DNA of 64,000 nucleotides from Octopus sinensis (lineage: Eukaryota), in the NCBI RefSeq assembly GCF_006345805.1, contig NC_042997.1, forward strand, positions 100,874,001 to 100,938,000. The letters run 5' to 3'. Shown here one piece after another: positions 53,826-64,000 of the stretch (positions are counted from its first letter, which is position 1; each line of letters begins with the position of its first letter). The position numbers and the translations under genes are program-made. Under the pieces are notes generated by a model. The model saw only the letters and a list, made by a program, of their open reading frames with translations, made no database searches and was not told the origin of the DNA.

Positions 53826-54720
53826 TACGAGGTCTGATCAATAAGTATCTGGACTGTTGCCATAGTAACAAAGTGAAAGCATGCAGAGTGAAGTCACATG
53901 GCAAAGATTGACCTTGAGCTCTCCTGTGCATGTGCATTAAGTTTTAATGTTCTAGCTCACTTCCGCTGTTTACAGCCGTGCTTGGAAGGGAAATGTGTAG
54001 TGTGTGATTGTCGCATTGACCATGACAGAGAAAGTTGTCTTGGCAATACCTGCTCAGAGGCCCACACAAAGTTGTAGAAAGTGTATGGAGAGGAGTGTAT
54101 GAGCCGCACACAAGTGTATGAGTGGTTCAGATTTTTCCAAGATGGTTAAAGAAATGTCAATATTGATTAACGTTCTGAGGGACCTGCAACCAGCAGAACT
54201 GAGAAAAACATCACTGATGTGCATGCAGCTGTGAGAGGAAATTGTTGAATCACCACCCATGAGCTATCAGAGGATGTGCAGATTAGTTATGGTTCAGTTC
54301 AGTCCGTTATCACTGAAGATTTGGGTATGAGTCTGCCAAGTTTGTGCCAAAACTGCTTTCAGTTGAGCAAAAAGATACTCGGGTTTCAGTAGCACAAGAT
54401 CTCTTTGATTGTGTCAAGAATGATGAAAACTTTTTGAAAACTTTGCATAGGACTCCGAGCCGGTATCGCTAAGCTTTTGGCAAAATTTGATGCAGATTCT
54501 CTGCTCAACTTTCTCTATCATGGCCAGTATGATGATCACATGCTACACACCTTCCTTCCCAGCATTGATGTAAACAGGAGAAGTGAACTAGAACGTTAAA
54601 ACTTAGTGTGCCGGCACAGCAGAGTCAATCTGTGCCAATCTGTGCCAAGCAGCTTCACTCTGCATGCTTTAGCTTCGTTACTATGGTAACACTCTGGGTA
54701 CTTATTGATCAAACCAAGTA
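53826..54720 (+). mobile_element. Internally deleted mariner with both TIRs
   Basis: Left TACGAGGTCTGATCAATAAGTATC...CCATAGTAAC matches the reverse complement of 54676-54720; degenerate KVYGEECMSRTQVYEWF and AKFVPKLL. Confidence 0.85.
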
Positions 54721-54852
54721 TGTATTTTTATAAACATTGTACTTATTTTATCGATCTCTTTCACCAAACTGCTAAATTACAAGGACATGAATAAACCCAC
54801 ATCAGTTGTCAAGCAGTGGTGGAGTACAAGCACATACACAAAGACACACACA

Positions 54853-54919
<67 letters not shown>

Positions 54920-55161
54920 GATATATGCATATATATAGAGAGATACAATTATGTGAATAAACAAATGAAACTGCACAGGTTTGATATACAAAATATATAT
55001 ACATGTAAATAAAAGGAAAGCACAGACTTATTGAAATTTCTAGTTATTTCTAAGAGTTTATTTATAATTGTATGATACAGTACCTTCTTTTCTTTTATTG
55101 TCAACAGAACTCATTTAGTTTCTTGATTGCCAATCTGTATTTTCTTTCCACAATTTTTCAG

Positions 55162-55318
55162 AGTATTTGGAGCCATTGTCTTTGGGGCCTTTGCACTTGG
55201 ACAGGTTGGTGCCGTGGCACCAGATTTTGCTAAGGTCAAAACTTCATCAGCTAGAATAATGGATCTACTTGATCGTGTTCCTGCAATTGATAGCTATTCA
55301 CAAACTGGAAAGATATGC
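55162..55318 (+). CDS. ABCB1: ABCB exon, TM12 (VFGAIVFGAFALGQVGAVAPDFAKVKTSSARIMDLLDRVPAIDSYSQTGKIC)
   Basis: 157 nt, ttttcag|A ... TGC|gtgagt; VFGA..FGA...GQ and APDxAK, PxIDSYS motifs. Confidence 0.97.
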
Positions 55319-55446
55319 GTGAGTGTTACTTTATAGTAATTTATAGTAATTTACAATCTACTGCATTTGGAAATAAATATTGCTTCCTGTCTACATAAGA
55401 ACAAGAACAAGAGAGAGGGAGACAGAGAAATAAAAAAACCTGTGGT

Positions 55447-55656
55447 ACTCTTTTACTCTTTTACTTGTTTCAGTCATTTGACTGCGGCCATGCTGGAGCA
55501 CGACCTTTAGTTGAGAAAATCAACCCCAGGACTTATTCTTTGTAAGCCTAGTACTTATTCTATCGGTCTCTTTTGCTGAACTGCTAAGTTATGGGGACGT
55601 AAACACACCAGCATCAGTTGTCAAGCAATGTTGCAGGGATGAACACAGACACACAA

Positions 55657-55729
<73 letters not shown>

Positions 55730-55900
55730 CACACATATATACGATGGGCTTCTTTTAGTTTCTGTCTACCAAATCCACCCACAAGGCTTTGGTCGGCCCA
55801 AGGCTATAGTAGAAGACACTTGCCCAAGATGCCACGCAGTAGGACTGAACCCGGAACCATGTGGTTGGTAAGCAAGCTACTTGCCACACAGCCACTCCTG
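55447..55900 (-). mobile_element. tRNA-derived SINE (family of 13584), partly CpG-decayed
   Basis: Full-length alignment by eye to 13584-14001. Confidence 0.85.
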
Positions 55901-56324
55901 TGGTGTTCATTTATTTTCCAAGGACCTCAGCATAATTTTGGATGTTCATATTATTTTGTGATTGCATGATGCATTTGTGCGAACCGCCATGCTTCACGGT
56001 AGTGAAACATGGGCTGTGACTGCAGAGGACATGTCTTGTGGTCATATTGGGGCATCACTTCCATGAGTTTTAGCTGATAATATCTGTTCCATTATTTTGT
56101 CAGTTAAGTTGTCAGATTTGAAGTGTGTTTGATAAGTGCCATGTTCGAAGCTCTTGGCTCTAGAGTCATTTTGTAACTTCTTCCAATTAAATTGTGTGTA
56201 TATATATATATAATAGAATAAGAGAAATAGAAAGTCTTTGGTAGAGTGTTATATATTTGAAAAACTATATATATATACATACCCTTTGCCTTTTATAGTT
56301 GCTAGAATAAGAATAGGCAGGGCA

Positions 56325-56775
56325 AAGTTCAGAGAGCTCCTACCTCTGCTGATAGCAAGGGGCCTCTCTCTCTTGGTGTGAAAGGCAGATTGTGTGTAAA
56401 CAGCCATGCTACACAGCAGTGAAACATAGGCTGTGACTGCTGAGAACATGTGTAGGCTTGTAAGAAATGAAGCTAGTATGCTTTGCTGGATGTGTAATAT
56501 CAGTGTGCCTGCACAACAGAGTGTTCGTATCCTGAGAGAAAAGTTGGGCATAACAAGTATTACATGTGGAGTGCAAGAGAGATGACTCTGCTAGCATGGT
56601 CATGTAATGCATATGGACGAGGACAGCAGTGTGAAAAAGTGCTGCACTCTAACTGTGGAGGGATGACATGGGATGAAGCATGATCTTTGAATGTTGGGCC
56701 TCATGGAGGCAATGACACGTGACTGAGAACTTTGGTGATATGCCATGCTTGAGAAGACTCGCTAAGCCAAGTGAG
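56325..56775 (+). mobile_element. RTE-type LINE 3' fragment
   Basis: Homologous to 39610-40050; a further short piece lies at about 55965-56070. Confidence 0.8.
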
Positions 56776-56779
56776 ATTG

Positions 56780-56960
56780 TATTGGGTTGTCTGGAAAGTT
56801 TGTGCCGATTTATAGTAAGCTTACCTTTCGACTTATTTTAGAACATGGTTGAGTCCATAAAATAGGATTTGACTACACCTCTATTTAGAGCACAGTTTAA
56901 GCTATCTTTTCGTTGAAGAAGGTATATATTGAGTACTGTTGTTAGGAGATCCTGTGTAAA
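56780..56960 (+). mobile_element. Mariner-like left end
   Basis: TATTGGGTTGTCTGGAAAGTT, a mariner-type TIR start. Confidence 0.5.
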
Positions 56961-56971
56961 CTTGTTGGGGC

Positions 56972-57095
56972 ATGGCCCAGTGGTTAGAGCATCAGGCTCA
57001 CAATCATGAGTTTGATTCTTGGACCAGGTTGTGTGTTGTGGTCTTGAGCAAGACACTTCACTCCAGTTTACTCAGCTGTTGAAATGAGTTGTGAT
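56972..57095 (+). mobile_element. Degenerate tRNA-derived SINE head
   Basis: GGCCCAGTGGTTAGAGCA...GAGTTTGATTC...TTGAGCAAGACAC. Confidence 0.6.
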
Positions 57096-58239
57096 GTCTA
57101 CACACATATATCCATATATTATTTACATATGCACATACAGAACTGGAAATAAGTTTTTCTGAAGTGTTTGTTATTACAGTGTACTGCATGTTGTTTTTTT
57201 TGTATTATATCTTACAATGTATGCTTTTTTTAGTGGGGGCACAAACTTGTTTTGCTGTCAACTAAAGATTTTAATTTGAGTTTTGTTTAGTTATATAATT
57301 GACTGTGATGCAACTCTTTGCTGTAGATACATAGTTAGCAGTCAAGACTATATAGAACTTGTATGACCAATAATAACATCATAACATTTGCAGTTTTTAT
57401 ATCTGAATATGGTTTGATTTTTATTGCCATTAAACCTCATATCAGCTCTTAAAGGTGTTCCTGTAGGGATCATCTCATCTTTTTCCCACACATAGTGTGG
57501 CTATGACCACAATATCTAATAAAAATGAATTGATGAGATTTGGTTGCTGTTTTTTAACAAATCCATACATGATTCCTGTAAATTTCATTGACCATTTGAA
57601 GTTTATTCATCATTCATTGCTGATAAGGCAACATTAAGTTTCTTTGCTTTTACAATATCTTATTAATGCTAGCTTACATACTTGTATCAACCTGTAATAA
57701 CAGAGCAGAATATCAAGGCTACTGATACAAACCAAACTAATATTGATTGGTTGACAAATGATAAAATATTAATGATTTTAGCTTGTCGGTGGGTCATCAG
57801 CTGATCATTATATTGACTAACAACTTTTAATCATGAAATATATATAACATACACAACTGTCCGTGTATACAGTATGTGTTATATAAACATCATATTAGTA
57901 GAATGGTAGTCAATAAACACTGGGAAATGAGACTTTAGAGATTTTGCAAGTAAATATTAATTATTTTTTTTGTTTTGTTTTAATGAATTGTTAGATATTG
58001 GCCAATTAAATTAATTCAGAAACTTTGGAAAATATCTTATGGATATTTTCAAAATTTTTTAAACAAAAATAGATTATAACTAAGGTGGGGAGACACTATG
58101 GTTGATATTATTGTGTTTTTGATACTTTTGGAAATACATTTCTTCCTGATGTATATAAAGTAATATGATACATGTATATATATGTATGTGTGCATGTGCC
58201 TGTATGTGATTATATTTTGTTTTCTATTTTTTTTTAAAG

Positions 58240-58437
58240 GAAACATTTGAAAGTAAAATTCAGTTTAAAGACGTTGAGTTTGAGTATCCAAACCGTGCAA
58301 ATGTAAAAGTTCTCCAGGGTTTGAGCTTAGAAATCAACCAAGGGGAAACAGTGGCTCTTGTTGGAAAGAGTGGCTGTGGCAAAAGTACATGTATGCAGTT
58401 AATTGAAAAGTTTTACAATCCAAGTAAAGGTGAAGTG
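58240..58437 (+). CDS. ABCB1: ABCB exon, NBD2 A-loop and Walker A (FEYPNR...[16 protein letters not shown]...KFYNP)
   Basis: 198 nt, tttaaag|GAA ... GTG|gtatgt; intact Walker [10 protein letters not shown]. Confidence 0.98.
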
Positions 58438-58918
58438 GTATGTATATTTTGTTTATGGATGTATTTATCTCTTTTTACCATATTTTTATATTCAATTTGT
58501 GAAGAAGATCAATATCAATGTTAGGCTAAAGTAAAACTGTGGATATTTTATATATTTATTAAATTACTAGTCTAACAATTGAAATGAATCATGCCCTTTA
58601 CAATACCATAGAGATAAAAACAGATATCTAAGCAACATATAATATTTCCTCAACTGTTTTCATCTGCTAATAAATATGCCAGGAATGTATTCTATATGTA
58701 AAATTGGTATATCCAATAGTGTTACACTGTTATACTTAGTAGCTATATAAGCAATGAGTTCCTGAATGGTTAATGGGTTGGATGTGGTCCTGAAATATGC
58801 ATATATACCCATTAACTAATTTTCCGTCTTCAATCACATAGTTTACATTAGACATATTCAGATACAAAATGTAACAAATCAGTACTGGCTATAATTTCTG
58901 TAGAGATAACCTTAAAAA

Positions 58919-58967
<49 letters not shown>

Positions 58968-59186
58968 ATTGTGTATAGAGGAGTATATTATTCAAAGGAA
59001 TTCCAACTCTGTCTGTTTTTTATGTTTTATTTATATTCTTATAATATTAATGTAGGATATAGAATATATAGTATATATAGTATATATAGTAAAATGAAAT
59101 GAAGTATTGATTGCCTTATTGAATAGATGAAATATTGAATATCAAATATTAAGGGACTTAATATTTGATATTAATATATATATATA

Positions 59187-59710
59187 TTGGGTCATTCCAT
59201 AAATAATGCAGTTTTTTTTATACTTCTTTTATTTTTCAAAATTAAGATAAGCAAAAGTTCTTTTTAATCTAAAATATATTCTCCTTCATTTTCTATAATG
59301 CTCTTCCATCTATCCGGAAGACTTGCATGATCCCTCTTCCAAAATTCATTTGTCTTTGAGGGAAAATATTCCTCCAGTACTGTTCTGACCTTGTCTACAG
59401 AAATTGATATTTTTTCTGTTCATATGATTTTGAAGACTGCAGAATAAATGATAATCAGATGGGGTAATACTCCAGCCTTTGGAATGTCATCCTCACTGTA
59501 TGTGTCCGAGCATTAGCCTTATGGAAGAACACCTTTCGCCTTGAAACCAAAGATGGTCATTTTTCTTCTAGTGCTAACTTAAGCCACTCAAGTTGTTTGC
59601 AGTAGATCTCCTTTGTTATCATTTGGTTTGGGTTTAAAAGTTCAAAGTGGACTAAGACTAAACCTTTCAAATCCCACCAGACAGATGACAACACCTTATG
59701 TGGCTGAAGA
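59187..59710 (-). mobile_element. Mariner 3' half with TIR, abutting a (GAT)n-tailed short element at 59712-59870
   Basis: WWDLKG..HFELL..NQMIT...YC.QL..L..AL..K and a degenerate HDNARPH region; end TATTGGGTCATTCC. Confidence 0.8.
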
Positions 59711-60524
59711 CCTTCTTTAGCCTGGGTATCCAGCTGTAGAAACACTGCCAGATCAGACTGGAGCCTAGTGCAGCCTCCTGGCCTCCCAGACCCTGGTCGA
59801 ACTGTCCAACCCATGCTAGCATGGAAAATGGACGTTAAACGATGATGATGATGATGATGATGATGACAGCCATAAGAGATATCACCTATGGACAAATACC
59901 ATAATGCATTTACATTTTATGATGTATTTACATAATGTGTGATGCACAGATGCCTGTCTTATATTTTATAATTGATAAAATAGCAATAAAAATTTGAACT
60001 TACTGTATTCTAACCAAACTTATGAAGGAACTTGTGTATGTATAGCTTACCTTAACATTAGGAAGATGCTAATTTAAGAATTGTTTACTTTGCAAATAAG
60101 GATGAGTTTAAGTGCAATTTTTTAAAGCAAATGACATGAAATTTCAAGAATTTGGCATTTAATTATCTAAAAGTGTGGAAGAGGATTTTACATAAGCTGA
60201 GAACTTTGCATCGATTGTGAGGTAATGCTGTTTATAATGATGTAATTCTTTTCCCAATCATTAATATTCATAAGTTTGGTGGTTATTTCAAGCTTCTAAA
60301 TCAGTACATGGATGAGTGAGTAATTTCTTCCTGGTTTGTATTCTGGTCTATCATAAGGGAATTGAGATCAACACTGTGAGTCAAGAAAATATTAATTTCT
60401 GTACTGATACTGATTATATCAATGAATTATACCACTGGCTACACATACTTAGAGCTGGATGAGCAAATGATGAACCTTTATGTAGTTGCTCAACATTTTA
60501 AAAATAGTAGCCAAGTCTCTCCCT

Positions 60525-60820
60525 TAAGCCTAGTACTTATTCTATCAGTCTCTTTTGCTAAACCACTAAGTTATAGAGATGCAAAACATACCAACACCAG
60601 TTGTCAAGTGGTGGTAGGGGACAAACACAGACTCAGAGACACACACACATACACACACACACATAATGGGTTTCTTTCAGTTTCCATGTACCAAATCCAC
60701 TCACAAGGATTTGGCCATCCCAAAGCTATAGTAGAAGACATTTGCCCAAGATGCCATGCAGTGGGACTGAATCCAGAACCATACAGTGGGAAGCAAGCTT
60801 CTTACATGCAGCCACATCTA
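60525..60820 (-). mobile_element. SINE (family of 13584), heavily CpG-decayed
   Basis: Same body as 13584 with CG replaced by TG/CA throughout; explains ORF 60422..60907. Confidence 0.8.
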
Positions 60821-61077
60821 CACCTTATATACTTAATAAACCTTCAGTTGGCACAGATCATGTATAATTATTCAGACTTTTTGATATCTAGAATTGTTGG
60901 GTACTAGGTTTCAATATAATATTAGAGTAAATTAGTAAATTAGTTTTGTGTAAATGTTCTATGATTTTGTGCAATTGGATTAAAATTTACTAATTTTTTC
61001 TTCAGAGATGACTTAAATTCTAAGGGAGTTATATTCAAAAGATTTTACTCTAATGAATCGTTTTACTATCATTTCAG

Positions 61078-61284
61078 TTTCTAGACAGCATAAATCTAAA
61101 GGAACTGAATACTTCATGGCTTCGTCGACAAATTGCCATTGTCTCTCAAGAACCAGTTCTATTTTCCTGCTCAATTGAAGAAAATATTGCTTATGGAGAT
61201 TTGACACGAGCTGTGACATTTGATGAAATTATCAATGCTGCTCAACAAGCAAACATTCACTCATTTATACAGTCTCTACCTGAG
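61078..61284 (+). CDS. ABCB1: ABCB exon, NBD2 Q-loop ([41 protein letters not shown]...[12 protein letters not shown])
   Basis: 207 nt, atttcag|TTT ... GAG|gtaagt; VSQEPxLF and ENIAYG motifs. The next exon (LSGGQ) is not found before 64000. Confidence 0.98.
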
Positions 61285-61379
61285 GTAAGTGTATAAGTTG
61301 GTTGACTATTTTGTTTATTTTATCACTACAATGAGGATTATAGTAATGATTGTTGGATCTTAACCCTTTAGCATTCAGA

Positions 61380-61700
61380 TTACTCTGTTGGTTGCAATGA
61401 CAAGGGTTCCAGTTGATCTGATCAATGGGATAGCCTGCTTGTGAAATTAATGTGCAAGTGGCTGAGTACTCTGCAGATGTGTGTACCCTTAACGTATTAC
61501 TCAGGGAGATTCAGCATGACACAGAATGTGACAAGACCGGCCCTTTGAATTACAGATACAACTCATTTTTGCCAGCTGAGTGGACTGGAGCAATGTGAAA
61601 TAAAGTATCTTGCTCAAGGACATAACACTGGAAATCGAACTGATGACCCTACGATTGTGAGCCAATTACCCTAACCACTAAGCCATGCACCTTCACTCTG
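61380..61700 (-). mobile_element. tRNA-derived SINE (third family)
   Basis: GGCTTAGTGGTTAGGG...AGTTCGATTTCC...GTCCTTGAGCAAGATAC...CAGTCCACTCAGCTGGC. Confidence 0.75.
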
Positions 61701-62504
61701 TCAAATGTAATGCTTATTTATTTCCATTGTTTTGAATTAATCATACATTATCTCACAACTTCAAGATGTTGATGATGTTATTGTTTATTTTTAGAATGAT
61801 ATTAGAGGGTAGGTGTGAGAGGCCAGATTTGGCCAATTTGAACTTAGAATAAGTAGAATATTTGGGCCTGTGTATGGGCCAGTATTTGGGCCAGTTTATT
61901 ATGGCCAGTTTAAATGCTAAAGGATTCAATTAGCCATCCATTGCCTCTTTTAATCTACATTGTAAAAGGGTTTGATTTCTAGAATTTTATCTTTCTACTA
62001 AACTTTCATTGCTTTAAGCTCTTTTAGATAAAAATGGATTTTATGTCCATTAATTCTGATTCCTTCATAATCAAGATTTTATCCTTACTTCAATGTTTAA
62101 TAGCATCATATCTTTTGATTTTGATTTAATAGAACATCATTTACTTCTTATTTATCTTTGGTGCAGTTTAAATTTACAATTTTTCTTTGTTGTATAATAA
62201 AATTCTAATTGTTATTACCTGATCTTGTTTAGAGTCTGATTACACTACTCTATCAAAACTGTTCTGTAACTTAAAGCTTGAAATGACTTATGATTATGAG
62301 CCTTCCATCATTTTAAAAATTTTACTGATAATTTGTTATGAAAAATAGAGGAGCTATCATCCAGACTTCACATGTAAAGGGTTTACTTGGCAATTCTTCA
62401 ATGGCATGTTTATAATATGCTTCATCTAATAGTTTGTCTAATGGTGAAGGGTATGATTTTATTTATCCATTACACACCTTCATTATTTCCTTTTCTTAAG
62501 GCAA

Positions 62505-62705
62505 TGAGCCAGCAGAACTGTTGGCACACTTGACAAAATGTTTAGCAACATTTCATCTGTCCTTTTGCTCTGAGCTCAAATTCCTATGAGATTGACTTTG
62601 CCTTTCATCCTTTCAGGGTCAATGTAATAAGTACCAGTTAAGTACTGAGGTAGATGTAATCAACTTCCCCTCCCCTCAGAACAACAGGCCTTGTGCCAAA
62701 ATTTC
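62505..62705 (+). mobile_element. Degenerate tRNA-derived SINE
   Basis: GAGCTCAAATTCC...GACTTTGCCTTTCATCCTTTCAGGGTC...AGTACCAG. Confidence 0.7.
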
Positions 62706-63119
62706 ATTATTTGCTTTTCTTTGATATTTGGAGAATTTTATAATTTCTTCATTGTTATTGTCTTTTGTGCAAGCCATATACATAGAAGTATTTAGATATT
62801 TTGTCTTTACAATTGTAGCATGTAGCCATTTTCAAATAGTAACGCCAATTTGTGATAGCTGGCAATATGATGTAATGTCATATTGCCAAAGAAATATGAT
62901 TGTCATTTTCCCATTGGTTGATATAACTGCTCATATAGGAATTCTGAAAATTAGTTAAAGAATATTTTCATGTGATTTCAATTCTTTAAAGTCAAATTGT
63001 GCAGTTATAAAACCCTGGATTTTGGGAAAAACTTTAGTGTTTGTGGGATGTAACTAAACTCCACAACACTCAATCCTTTGAGACATTGGTCATTTTTTTA
63101 TGCCATGTCTATGAAAAAT

Positions 63120-63720
63120 CCAACAAGACTTGTTTGAATCATTGAGATCTATATAGTTAGTATGAAGAATTAGTTAGCGTAAATTTTAGGTCGTAATTCT
63201 CTATGACAAAATTACTTTACTTCAAATATTAAAAATGCTAAATGTACATAAATAAAATAATGTAGTAATTATTTTCTCTTTCTTCACATTCTTCAACTTA
63301 TTAATGAAATGTATTTCTGTAATTATGAAACTGTATTTTTTTTATAACGGTTAAAAGAACATGAAATTATTTATATTCAACATACATGCACGCATAAATG
63401 TCCATTAGCGTTTCAGAAAGTATATTTCTCGCTATAGCATTTATGTAGCTGGAGTCAGGATTTATGTATAATGATAACACTTATAAGTAAGTTATAAGTG
63501 ATGGGTTTATCATTATATATCCCTACTTCAAAAGCTAAATATATTTATCCATTTCCAAATAGGAAACATATAAAAGTAGCATTACACTAACAGTAAACAA
63601 ACCAACCAGAAAACATCCGCTATATAAAAACTGCTGTCCGTTATACAATCATTATCTGAACAGTTTTCTCTTATATCCTAATCTCTCTATATATTAACAT
63701 ATCTAGTTTCGTTGTTCAAA
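63120..63720 (+). promoter_or_regulatory. CpG-retaining patch with TATA (63621) and Inr-like TCATT (63649)
   Basis: About 9 CpG in 600 bp with almost none on either side; TATATAAAA lies 30 nt upstream of the Inr A. Confidence 0.3.
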
Positions 63721-64000
63721 ACTGTGGGGGTTGTTGCACAATTTACCAACTGTTGAAGCCTTCATTTCTTTATATTATTAACCAGTGTAGATAGCTATCC
63801 ACTGTCATATCTTTTGATATATTCTGACAAGATGTAACCAACAGTCATATCAAACAGCCTACATATGCAGAGTTCAAAATTGGTATTGCTTTTCAGTATA
63901 TATTACTGGCTGGCTTGTTGGGAGATACTGCATTAAACAGCAAATGTCAAGCTTTTAATCATTTCTTTTAGTTGAAAGCCCTGAAGTCAGATAAAGTTCT

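Noticed and set aside
60422-60907. 161-aa + strand ORF
   Set aside because: Mostly the antisense of a decayed SINE.
61285-64000. NBD2 signature / Walker B exon
   Set aside because: Not found. GGGTATGAT near 62450 is not followed by a compatible frame; absence within 2.7 kb is not evidence of pseudogenisation given intron sizes here.

Overview
AT-rich, microsatellite-dense animal genomic DNA. The SINE and LINE families look like those of octopus (coleoid cephalopod); this is an inference from remembered repeat families. The only host gene I can support is the 3' half of a P-glycoprotein-like ABCB transporter (ABCB1/MDR1-like) on the + strand: 12 coding exons from 12229 to 61284 covering linker, TMD2 and NBD2 up to just past the Q-loop. 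All exons have AG/GT boundaries and consistent phases, and nine match the exon lengths I recall for human ABCB1. The first half of the gene and the last NBD2 exons (signature, Walker B) are not visible and presumably lie outside the window. The introns hold Penelope-like elements (PLEs) of at least three types, RTE, CR1, Tx1, R4/Dong and CRE-like LINE fragments, mariner remnants, a MITE and many tRNA-derived SINEs. Most ORFs in the supplied track are microsatellite or TE artefacts. Main leads: (1) a sharp CpG-rich to CpG-depleted boundary at ~17.7 kb beside a candidate internal promoter and ATG exon in phase with the TMD2-NBD2 exons, so a half-transporter isoform is possible; (2) at least 8 PLE-type minimal hammerhead ribozyme motifs with palindromic stem III, covarying stem I and recurrent non-canonical cores; (3) several long intronic inverted repeats; (4) an (AAT)n-anchored pile of R4/Dong pieces with a near-identical ~1.9-kb tandem duplication; (5) a ~75-bp target-site-like duplication around a CR1.
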